This document shows, piece by piece, positions 48,701 through 60,649 of a DNA stretch of 64,000 nucleotides (the first letter of the stretch is position 1; the number at the start of each line of letters is the position of its first letter). The position numbers and the translations under genes were made by a program. The stretch comes from Azolla caroliniana. Its lineage: Eukaryota > Plantae > Polypodiophyta. Location: assembly GCA_043228905.1 (NCBI GenBank), contig JBHGNT010000017.1, positions 10,478,001 through 10,542,000 of the forward strand, given 5' to 3'. The notes below the pieces were generated by a model that made no database searches, was not told the DNA's origin, and saw nothing but the letters and a program-made list of their open reading frames with translations.

Positions 48701-49584
48701 TGGGGCTGGATGTCGTGATGTTGCACGTCTAGTGGGAGAAAAAGTGAAAAAGTGTGGTTCCACGCATATTACACAAATACTTGTAAAAATGAAAATAAAT
48801 CTATAACAAAGAATCCTAGGGCCTAATGGCATTGAGTGCGTATAGAGTGCCACAAGTAAAATTTGAACCTTGCACCTCCAAGATAGGAGGCAATTACCTT
48901 ACCACTAAAGCTACTACTAAGTGCTTTAAATTTTGTATACTTCCTTGTCATATTCAGTATTGCATAACGTACAAAACTGTGTGCACAAAACCATGGATTT
49001 AAGCCCATGGTTTTATGCATGACATAAGCCAAACCGTGTGCACAAAACCATGGTTTTAGCCCATGGTTTTGTGCATGTCACAAGCATGCAGAGACCTATA
49101 AAAGCCTCTAGTTGGGCTTGTGTACAAGAGGCTCAATATGTGATATCATTATCATCACCATCAATATAATCTTCTTCTTAATATTCTTCTTGAAATATAT
49201 CTTCTTCTCAAGTGTAAAATCTTTTATCTTCTCAAGTGTGACATTAGTTTCCTCGATTTCTACATGCACATCGTCATCTTTTCGACAATTTCGCGAACGT
49301 CCTCCCCAGTCTGAGACCCCGGTGGTCCCGCTCAAGCGAAGCACGCACGCACGCGCATCTTCGCGACATCTTTTGGTGAACCCGACGTGAAGAGCGATAG
49401 GGGAGGATGAAGATGGACGTGGAATATCTCATGAAGTCAATGTCAAAAATGATGATGGAATTTTCGAGAGAAGGTAAAAGACGAGATGCTGCCCAACAAG
49501 CCGTCGAAAGCGTGGTCAAGCGAGTCGGCTATTTTGACGGGGGATAGTCCAAAGTTTTCTAGACAACTACAATGTCGAGATGGA
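45724..49584 (+). mobile_element. Non-autonomous gag-only LTR element N in tandem (LTR, internal, LTR, truncated internal)
   Basis: 658-bp LTRs 45724-46381 and 48711-49368; Trp PBS after both LTRs; decayed gag-like ORFs 46414-47774; no pol; hairpin and PPT 48674-48710. Confidence 0.88.
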
Positions 49585-51800
49585 CGATTCATATTTTCGT
49601 TTTCCCCCGGCGAACAGAGATCATGTTGTGATGCCAATGCTGCGTGATATTAGTTGTTCGTAACCACGACCGTCCTAGCAGCAGCAGGTATGCTCCAGGG
49701 GCATCCGGGTGTAATACTACCATAGACACAGTGAAGGTATGCCCTCCGAGGATAAAATCAAGGTTTTGGATTAACCCTATCAGTCGAACCGATCGCATAT
49801 CCGCCATTTGAAGCCCAAAGAACATGGCTCCCATTGAGTGATGCCCAGCTCATGACATGTGGCCTTATTGATCACATTAACGCTTGATTCACCATCGATA
49901 ATGCACCCATTGACCTCGTGGCCTTTAATGACAACTTTTACCACTGGATTCGGGGAATCCATGAGTGGAGGTCCGGGTTCTGGCGTTGTGAGATGTATGG
50001 AGGAGGAAATTGGTTCCATGCCGGCAGTACAAGATTGGACTTTTTCTTTAAAGCGTGGCCGGAGCTGCAATAGTTTATGTAGAGGCATGGAGATTTGGTA
50101 GCTGTTGATGGCCTGCCAGACCGGGTGGTTGTCGGTTTGTTTGGTAAGGGGCGAGGGTGGAGATGGGCTGTGAACGATCTCTTTCATTTTGGTGTGCATC
50201 CGATCGATGTTTGCTTGATTTGCCGTTAAGATACAATTCTTCACAGTTTGGCGAACTTCGTCCTGGATCTCCCATTGTGACTGTTGAGTCTTACTTTGGG
50301 TGGTAACTTGCTGAATGTCAACCACAATCATATTCACGACTGGTGCTTTCCTGCGATTGTTCGTCGGACATTGAGTAGCGTAATGTCCTGGTTGGTTACA
50401 CTTGAAGCAGGTTATCGTGGCGGAGTTGTTGGGTTCTCCTTGCTAGAATTGAGGTTGTGCTAGGTTGCTTGGTTTATCTTCTCGAGCCGGCTGGGAATAG
50501 GACTGCGGAAGGTTTTCACGAGGCTCGGATTGAAGAGGCCGCTAATTATCAGTGCGCAAAGGGTCTCGGCAACGGTTGTCAAAGGTTCGTCGTTTATTCC
50601 CCGGAGGTTGGAAGCCGCGATTACGATGTGGGGGCCGTCGATCTTGCCGTGGGTACCGGGGTTCGTGATAGTCTCCCCGATTGTAGTCATCGCGGTAATA
50701 GGGGTCCTTCGGATAATAGCGCTCGTCCTGATAATGGCGTGGTTGATTATGATAGTATGGTGGCTCCAACTAGTAGGGGAATCCCGGTGATAGCGATCTA
50801 GTTCAGGGTGGTAGTCTTCATTTCGGTGAAGCTGATCATCCTCCCAGGGTCATTCCGCGTCTCTATTGCGTGGTGGTGGTCGCTCATCCTGCTGTGAACG
50901 ATCATGGCATGGCTCAATTTGTTGTACCCGAACCGAGTTAGTACGGTCGAGCATGTTGTTCTCACATTGCTCAACCATATGTACTCTAGAATGGCAGATG
51001 GGGAAGTGTGGTCATAGAGGGCAATCGATAGCCGACTGACCGGACTTGGCACAAGTCATGCATTGTAGTGCTTGCTGAAACTGGGTTTCCTCGGTTCTTG
51101 GCAAGGCGGTTTCGAGCGTGCCCATGGAGAAAGAATTGTTATGATGAGCCTTATCTAAAGTGAGAACATGAGTGACCACTTGCTCAATAGTGTGTTGTGA
51201 AAAATCCATAAGGCCAACGTCATGCTCAACGGCTCCTGGAGGCCGGCAAGGAACGTATCTTTTAAATGATTGGCAGACACATCATATGCGAGTCGCCGGT
51301 AGAGGTCTTGGAATCGGATGGTAAACTTGGAAACCGTTTCATTAGGTCCCTAGGAAATGGTATAGAACTCGCGGAGCAGTTCGCGCTTCGGAATTTCCCG
51401 ATGGAATAACTCTAGAAACTGGGTGTAGACATCTTGGATTGTGATAAACTCCCCTAGATTGTGGCAAGAGTACCACCATGCGGCAGGGACATCCGTCCAC
51501 CTCCTCAATGGTGAGGCGTTGTGTAGAATGGTTGGCTTGCGACATGGAGAGAAAAGAATGGATGTGAGATTCCGTGTCAGGACCATCTGTGTAGCGGGTA
51601 GAGTGGTACGACGTTGCGTTGAAATCTGGGGAAGGGATTGAACTCGGATTGTTGAGAGACTGCCGGCAGACTCGGAGGAGTGGCGAGTTCGGGGCCGGTA
51701 TGTGATTGTGTATCGGGGATAACTGGTGAGGGGTGCGATCCTGGGGTTTCTGGTGATGAGTGCTGAGTGATCGCGGAGTCAATGTTATCCTCGGCTGGCT
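49585..51800 (-). pseudogene. A gag and protease
   Basis: CIIDGESSVNVI, LLLGRSWL; TCFKCNQPGHYATQC knuckle at about 50370-50415. Confidence 0.82.
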
Positions 51801-52467
51801 CAACGTGGCGAGATGTGAACCGAGAGCGGGTAAGAAGGTTGGGTGCCGTAATGACGATTGGGGGTGTCCACCGACATTTGTTCACTGTGATGCACAACGT
51901 GAACCGGGTGTGCCAAATTGTGTTAACCCCTTCTTCGGGAGCAACACCTTCAATAGTTCTTTCGGAAATTGGATCAAGGGGTCGTGGTACGTGGTGGAAA
52001 AACAAAATGTGTGAGAGATTGGCTTTGCAATAAGTGTCGTGTAACGAAATGATTGGCGTCACTTAGCCATAAGACACGATCTTAATTCAAGGACGAACTT
52101 CTAAGCGTGATCGTAAACACATAATGGAATAGACCCAAAAACCATATATATTTATATTATGCGTAGAGGAACAATGATACATGGCTCACGGCCAGAGTTA
52201 CAAAAGTATGATCATACGCTTCGAGGATCCTATTCTAGCTAGGGGGGCTTCCTCTCTCCTCTTTTCTGCTCCCTCCTTTCATTTCTCCTTCACGTTTGAT
52301 AGCTTTTCCTTTAACTGCTTCGCATGCTTCAACACTTGGCAGGCTTCAGTCTTCCATCCTTTTCAGTTGCACGTTTTGCGGTTGTGTTCATTTGGCTGTA
52401 TGTTTCTGATTACGGTTGCCTTCACATACTTTGCCTACCTCCCGATTCATTTCACACTTAATGAACA

Positions 52468-55400
52468 CGTCTTGTTCGTTGAATTCGCCAATCTGTTCTC
52501 GTGCGGGTAGTATGGCGTACTGCCTTTATGAACTACCGCATAGAATGTCGTTAGGCTTTCCACAACATGACCGAGAAAATGTCCTCCCTACTCGCTGATG
52601 AGCTTGATCGGGCATCCGTACCGGAACCATATATACTCATACCGAAATTTCTTCGTCGATGCGCTCATGTTATCCCGGAGTGCTTTTGCTTCCACCCATT
52701 TTGTACAATAGTTTAACCCCCAGTTTTCTACCATGATATACCGATTTCCTGTGCGCATTGTCGGTGGCTTAAATGGTCCCACGAAGTCTAACCCCCCAGT
52801 TTTGGAACGGTTCTAATGGCAACACTGGTTGATGGGGCACCTGGGCCTGCTCTGTTGGTTGGCCCAACCTCTAGTAGAGATCACACTCTTTACAATATCA
52901 GATATCTTCCTTGAGGGTTGTTAGCCACCATAACCCACTTCGTCAGATTTTCTAGTCGGTGATGGGCCTCTCGGAAGACTGCTTCCTTCTCGTCGCTCTG
53001 TACCTAGCGCCGATAGATGTCATCGGCTCCCTTGTGGTACAATGTATCCTATTTCAAACAAAAATGGCGACTTTCAGCCGCCAAGCGTTTCCGTTCGTCC
53101 CGACTCAGCTCTTCCAGAGGTAGTCCGGTACTCAGGAACTGGTGCATGTCGGTGAGCCATTTGTCTTCTCCGGCCACTATCTCATCTACCGTCGTTTCCA
53201 TGGTAACCTTGAATAGCTTGGCATCCAGGAACTCATCTCAGACACCATCCCCTACTTTTGCGGGTTCTAACCAGCTCAAATAGTCTGCTACTGTGTGTTG
53301 GACTTCCAGTCGGTGGTATACCTCGAATTCAAACTCTTCCAATAGTAGTGTCCACCTAGCTAACTTACCAGTTATTGATGCCTTGGATACCAAATAGATT
53401 AGTGTTGAGTGGTCAACATAGATTGAAAACTTTCATCCTAGTAGTTAGTGGTAGTACTTTGTGACGCTATAGACCATCTCCAGGGCTTCTCTCTCTGTTG
53501 TGGAGTAATTTCGTTCAACTTTTGAGAGTTTCTAGCTTGCGTAATATATCGGACGGTAGCACTTTGGTTTGGTAAGCTGCATGAGGACACTTCCGCATCA
53601 CTTTCAACGCTTGATATGCCTTCTCCTCTTGCTCCATCCATTGAAAGGGTATGCGGTGCACGACTTCATGTAATGGAGTTGCGAAGTCTGCTAAGTATCG
53701 GAGTATCCAACTGTGCCATTGGATCTAACCTAAGAACGGCCTCAATGCTTTGGCGTTGGTCGGCGCTGGTGCTTGTAAGATGGCATTCACCTTATTCGGG
53801 TCTACAACAATTCTGTCCTTGATGACAATGTGTCCGAGTAGTGCCCCGCTTGTTACCCCTAAAACACATTTTGCTGGATTCAGGCTTAGTTGGTATCCCT
53901 GTCACTTCTCCAAACACATCCGGAGATGGTCTAGATGTTCTTCCTTCTGGCTATACAATGCAAAATCGTCCAAAAAGACCTGCATAAACGCCAGAATGTA
54001 TTCTCCAAATATTTCCATGACAATCTTATGGATTTCTTCGGTGTCGTCTTCAGATCGAACATCATAACTATCAGGACGAACACTCCCCACTCCGTGACGA
54101 ACGTCGTCTTTTCCCAATCCGTCAAGTGCATCCGAATTTGATTATAACCACTGAATCTATCCAAAAAACAATATAGTTTTGTGACCAACTACCGCATCTG
54201 ACACCCCATCTATGAATGGTAGCGGGAACGCATCCATCACCATGGTGTTCAGCTCCCGGTAGTCAACACAAACCCGAATCTTTCCATTTTTCTTCAGTAC
54301 GACGACTATCGAACTCAACCATGTCGCTTGTTTCAGTGGTCGAATAAAACTGACTCTTAACAACTTATCAATTTCTTCTTTGACTTTTGCCGCATAATTT
54401 GGGTTCATCCTATAACGTCGTTGCACTACCGGCTTCGCGTCCTTGCTGAGGTTGATCTAATGTTGGTATCGTTGGGGATCCAACCCTCGCATATCTTCGT
54501 ATGACTAGGCGAACACATCTCAAAATTCTTTGAGTAGTTCAATCATCGCCATTTTCTCTTCCAGTGGCATTTCCTTCTCCACGTTCATTGGTTTCGGTGA
54601 TTCACTAGTCTTGAGGTCCACTTCTTCTAGTTGGGATGCCTTCACTCTTTGAGAGACGGCCATTTCCCGCTACAGTGATTCCTGCGCTTGCTGCAATTCC
54701 CGGATCGCCTCTGGATCCGGCTCGTCAAATTTGCCTTCTTGATGTGTGATGTACGGTGTGACAACTTCGGCTACATATACTTCAATTTTCTATGTATAGC
54801 GGTGTTAGTTGCTTCATTGCACCCGCTCATTGTTGTGTCGGCGCCCACACTTTAGTTTTCCCTCTCCGGAAGGTAATCATGTTTTTCTGCCAATTTTGCT
54901 TAATATGTGCCATTCGTAGCCATGGTCTTCCTAATAATATGGGGTATTGCCCCAACGTGTTAAGTTGCAAGACCACCACGGAGATCTGGAATGCGTGCCC
55001 TCAGATTGTAATATCTAGGTTCCGGATGAGTCTGGTTAGCCAGACCGAACTAGTATCTGCCATTCCTAGCTAGAATGGGCATGGCTCCCATTCTCTGATG
55101 CCCAAGGTATCACATGTCTGTTGGCTGATTACGTTCACTCCGGAGCCTCCGTCCACAATCATTTCGGGTATCTCGCTCCCTTTGATAATTACTGTAATTT
55201 CCGGACTGCTTGTGTCTACTACGGCCCATCCTTCCTCTGGATTGGAGAAAAATGTTGGTGTCGGCTCCGGGTTTTGTGATGTTAACGCTGATTTCACACC
55301 GTACGTAAATCGAGGGACTAACTACATTAGGCGGCCTAGCAGCAACATGATCTGACATTGTTGTAACGCCTGCCAGGTGGGGTCGTTGTCTATGGTTCAA

Positions 55401-56500
55401 AGTGGTTCATCCGGAGGCTTGAACTATTCTTGTACTTCAGCCACATTCCATTCATTTGCCTTTTGTATCCATTTTGTGACCTCCTTCCTAATGACCACCT
55501 GGCTCTCCCACTTAGCGGTTTTCCCCTTGGATCTTGTGGTGACTTGTTGAATATCGATAACGTCTGCGGTCACCATATTTACTGTTGACTGCTTATCATT
55601 GGTCTTGACCGGGCACTAGCTACTATAATGGCCTTCCTTCTGGCAATAGTAGCAGTAAACCTTCCAGATGTTACTTGATTCTCCTTTTTCTATAATTCCT
55701 GGCTTAATATCGGAATTCATCTGGTTGGTATCTTTCAGCCTCCATTGCTCTGGTTGTGGGATGGTCGTGTTTGTATCCGGTTCCCGTTGGTATTCCCAAG
55801 TCAACTCACGGCGCTCATCTCGCCGAAAATTTCCCCTCCGTTTGTTTGGATAGTGTCGGTTGTTGCGGTACCCCTGTCATGTCGGGTACCGTCTATCTTG
55901 GTCCGGGTAGTCGCATTCTAGTCGGTAGCAATCATCTCTTTGGAACCTTTCCTCGTCCAATCGCTGCTCACGCCGAGGCTCAATATGTCGGACCGGTGTT
56001 GCTTGCCAATTTAACAGATTGTACTCACACGGGTTCATGGTGTGTGACCAAGAGTTACACAACATGCACTAACTTCGCATCGTACATTCTAATTTGGAAT
56101 GACCGGGGTTGAGGCATATCGTACACTAGACTGCCTACTGAAATGGTAGCGCTCGTTGTAGAGCTCCCATCGCCATGTAATTACTATTTTGGGCCCTATC
56201 CATCTCTAACACCCGATCGATAACTTGATCAATGGTGCTGGTCTAGAAGTCTAATATGGACAACATTGTTCGGTGTGGCTCCCGGAAGACTGCTTTTGCC
56301 TCATCCTCCAGAGGTGCCCTTGTCATCTCACTATGTAGTGTTTGGAATCGGATAATGAATTGTGGGACTATCTCATTGGATTCCTTGGTAAACCGTATAA
56401 ATTTGGCCGATGAGCTCCCTTTGCTCCACCTGTTGGTGAAACAGTCGCAGGAATTTATCCTGCAAGGCTTCAAATGTGGTGAAGCTACCTCGATGGTGCT
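52468..56500 (-). pseudogene. 5' part of host H: gag, protease, RT, RNase H, integrase N-terminus
   Basis: CYYCQKEGH, MIVDGGSGVNVI, DAFPLPFID, SGYNQI, QVFLDD, YCTKWVEAKA. Confidence 0.87.
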
Positions 56501-56629
56501 TTAAACGTTGAACCCAACAAGTAGGAGAATTACAACAAGTAGTACCGATTCACGTGAAGGATGAGCACTAACACAAGAATTACTTCCTTAGACATTGCAT
56601 GATAAGTACTAAACATATAGATTAAAAAT

Positions 56630-58282
56630 TACCTGGCGATAAAGTAGAACGATCTTGCCGCCTTAAACTGTGAGACCAAACCCAATGACGGTTAAACCTA
56701 AACCCTAGAGACAATAAATCTACATGGTGAAGCTTAAAACAATGTTGAACAAATAGTGTATGATGCTATTTATCATCTGAAATGTAAAATATTGATTTCT
56801 TATGTAACTCACCGTCTTGTCTCCAATAGCAAAGATGTACAAGTATTGTACATTGATCATAATTTGTACCAATGCATTGATTGAACCTCATTTTGAACTT
56901 TAAATGTATAGTTTTCTGCAAAGTCAATAACGGATACGATGACACCCCTTGGTAAGTTATTAATACATTCGTTGAACTGTGAATTTTGCCAATAACTCCG
57001 GAAGTTCTGTGGAATGAACTCCCCAAGTTGTTTCTTAAATTCTGAGACAAGGGTAGCAGCACATATCTCCTTATATACTTCCTTGATACGCTTAGTTACA
57101 AGTCCCTTGCCAATATTTTCAGTCACATACTCTAAATATTTCCATTTCACAATATGATTGTTTCCCAAATCAAGCTCCTGTCTACAAAATAATGGTAGCG
57201 GGCAAACCTTACATGTTCTTAAAAGACATGTACGACAATTCCACTCACATGATGGTTCTTTTTCACAAACACAAGACCTCCATAACTCAGAAACGGATGC
57301 ATAAGTCATGTTTCGTGCATTACACCTATTATCCTCCCCATTTGGTCTACAAACCTCACAAGTGCAAACGCATAATTCCCCATGTATACCCTTAGAATTA
57401 GTACACATTGCATTCACTCCAAGCCTTAACACGTCCATCTTCACGTGGTACACACAATAACATGTATTCCTCTCATTTAATTTTCTAACATAATATGGTT
57501 TCAAACCTTGGAACTTGTGGAATCCAACAGTCAAGCTTGGATGTTGGTCTTTAAAGTTCATGTACAATTCAGCCTACATCAACCAATATATAGCAAACAT
57601 TAATATACACTTGGTCAAAACAAAAAGTTATGGAATGTGAATTGATATAAAAAAATGGAATACCTTTGCCATCTCCAAGAAGTGTCTAGGGTGAATTTGG
57701 TACTTACCCTAACTTATTCATTGTCTACACACATCCTTCTTATTTGGTGAGACACGCGTATTTTTTGCCCAAAATGAATCCACTTTCTCAATAATCTCTT
57801 GAGATAAGGCATCACATCGTCGTCTAAATCCCAACCCCAGCCACTTGAATTGGCTTGAGTGTACGATGTTTCCTCAAGTTCCTTCTTTGAATACCCAGGG
57901 CTAAGGCAACTTTAGTATCACTATATTTTTTTTCTCTCGCACCGTTCACAACCATGTGTATGACTGCCCTCTTTACAACAAGTTTGTCTATGCTCTCTAT
58001 ACCTTTCATTAAGTCTAGGGATGACTTCATAGACTCTACAATCTCTTCTGAAACACATTGGTCCCTAAATTTTATTCTCCCCATGTCTTCATTCAAATGT
58101 TGATGGTGTAACACTCTACATATAATATCCCTACAAGCCTCTTCACTAAATCTCTTTGTTATTTCTACCAAATAACGGACTATGTGAAGAACCACATGTC
58201 TCTTGGTCCTTTCAGATATACATGGGTTACTTGACAACTCACTCTTGTTGGGGATCCCCATTTGGTCACTAGATTTATCCAA
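56630..58282 (-). pseudogene. Intron-containing DDE transposase relic, Sola2-like
   Basis: TCYCVYH, Cys cluster, DFAENY..VQSMHW, ISDD motifs; phase-0 GT-AG intron 57663-57574 joining HFLEMAK|AELY. Confidence 0.7.
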
Positions 58283-59129
58283 AAAAATTAAGTGTCTTGC
58301 GAGAGTAGTTAATGTTATATAGACTACACTAAGAAATCACAGTCAAATGTTTTTAAATGCGGCCTGCAAAGTGTGAAATCATTTGTTTCGGACATTAGAA
58401 TTACGGCTCAAAAATCACAATTAATCATTTCTTTATTCACAGATTTCTGAAAATGAAAAATTTTAGTATTGAAAATGAAAAAATAGATTTCCGAATATGA
58501 GACTATAGAATTCTAAAAATGTCAAAATTAAGAATAGGGGTGCTTACCAAAAAATTCAATTATCGATGAAGTCTCAAACAACTATTGGAATACTTTCAAA
58601 TGAGTGGAAGAAGTGACGAAGATGAATGTTATATTGTGCCTCCAATCGGTGGACAAACCCTCAAATCAATGGATGACGCCTCCTGTTTCAAAAATAATAT
58701 GCCTCAAATCAGTGGAAGGAACCTCCAATTGGTGGAGGGAGCCTCAAATCTATGTGATATTCCGCCTCGATTCGGTGGAAGGATCCTCGCCTCGGTGGAA
58801 AATGCCTCAAATCACCGTGAGATAAACTGCAATCGGTGGAAGAAGTAAGAAAATCGTTCTCGAAGAAGTCACTATTGGTTGTTATATGAGGCCTCAGAAC
58901 AATCTCTAATCCTCAACTCAAACTCTAAAACATGTTTAGTATTAAAGCACCCAAATATCTGAAATAGGGTCCCTAAACCCTAATGATATACATGTGTAAC
59001 AAACCTCTGAGATTGAAGGAAAACCAGAAACCTGACATGGATGTCCTAGATGAAGAGCTCAAAGAAACTGAGAGGGATAGAGGAAATGAATGGATATATG
59101 TCCTGGACCTCCACAATATAAGCACAGGT

Positions 59130-60527
59130 GGTTTGCTCAGCGTCGTTGCTTCTCTTCGTCCGACAAAGGTCCTCATCCTTTAGTCATATCGATCTCCATG
59201 GGTGTAGGAATATCCATTGGGACTGGACTACGTGTTTGCCTTGGAGTTGGAGCAGGGCTATATGTTTGCCTTGGGGATGATTGCGTCGTTACTGATGCAT
59301 AAGTTGGTGTGAATCTTGATCTTATTATGTGTTGTTGTCTCTCACATAGACGCTCAAAAAGGCGATTATCACACCGTATTGCTCGACTAATAGCTTTTGT
59401 AAGTGACATTGGATCCTCACTATGAAGGCCTTAACGGAATTGCTCCATTGGAGCTTGTTCATCCCAAGGAATATCGCTTGCGATGAGACGGAAATTGGAT
59501 GCATATGTCAAATCGGGCAGATCAGCTGAACGTAGTGTACGAATCTTGTTGAAAGTTGTTCTCACCCCATCGGTATCTCCGAAACAAGCCTTAAATTCTT
59601 TGATAAATTCCTCGAATTTATTTAGTAGAGGAGAATTTCTCTCTAGCAATGGAGCAAACAATGACAACGCTATGCCAGTCAATAAGGTGCCTACTAACCC
59701 AACTCGTGATGCATTTGTTAGATAACGCGTGGGATGTATTTGAATCACCAACCGTACTTGATTCAAGAAACCTCGGAAATGCGCCCTGGAACCATCAAAT
59801 TTAGCTGGGAGGCTGATTTTGGGTTCCTTGATAAGTCCTTGACCTTCGACCCTTTGTTGTTGTAACTCTACGATCGTTAACTCTAATTGTTGAACACGTT
59901 GTCTGAACTCCTCTTGTTGTTGTTGCTTCTCTATACTAACCTTTTGTAGATCCCCAAGTAGACGTTGATTCTCTACTTCAAGAGATGCGAACTTGGATTT
60001 AAGATTCTCCATTTCTGCAACAAGCGTGAGATATTCTTCTGAGTTAATGGCGACCATGGTTTCGTGTGGTGATAGAGGAGGATGAGAGAGAGAGAGAGAA
60101 TTCAAATCAAACTCTGAGAACCAAGAATAAAAGATAGAGTGATGGAAGAAGGATATAAGAGAACGCGAGAAGAAAGGAACGAAATGCTAAGAGAAGAATG
60201 GGTATATTAAGATAGAAAACGAAAGAGAATGGATACAATATATGTAATGAGAGCTAAAGACTGGTGTTTATTCGAATTGATTTGAGAATACATGTATGCC
60301 GTTATTTACAGGTTCCTATAGAATAGCTTAGAGATTTCTATAATGTTCTAGAATGTTGTAGACCTAGAATGATCTAGAGTTTTTACAATAATCAATGTAA
60401 TACAAAAAGTAGCTTTTATCCTCTCATATGACAATAAGCTATCTTAATGGTTGAGGTTTTCAATTATGGATTACAAGGTTTGAGTTTTAAGTCTGGGTGA
60501 CGCCATAATGGTCATGTGTTCATGACA
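59130..60527 (-). mobile_element. 5' remnant of a second Tcn1-like chromovirus (LTR about 60205-60527; gag 59173-60105)
   Basis: EPKISLPAKFDG, AIRCDNRL, PTPMEID; LTR end CATGACA. Confidence 0.8.
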
Positions 60528-60649
60528 GCAACCAGCTCTGAATCGGTCTGAATCCGGATTGGTGCAACTATTCTTGATCCGTCCATTCCTATAGTATTTC
60601 TAACTAATTATTAATCTAATAATAATATTTGTTCCCGACTCGTCCCTTT

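Larger units (their letters stand above)
11523..52467 (-). mobile_element. Athila-like Gypsy element A (heavily nested)
   Basis: LTRs 11523-11755 + 40689-40977 and 51921-52467; TSD CGTCT at 11518-11522 and 52468-52472; PBS TGGCACACCCGG (Arg-like) ending at 51915. Confidence 0.85.

Noticed and set aside
51921-52467. Shared middle LTR of a tandem Athila-like pair
   Set aside because: TSD CGTCT and the in-frame rejoining of the H integrase show that it is the 5' LTR of the inserted element A
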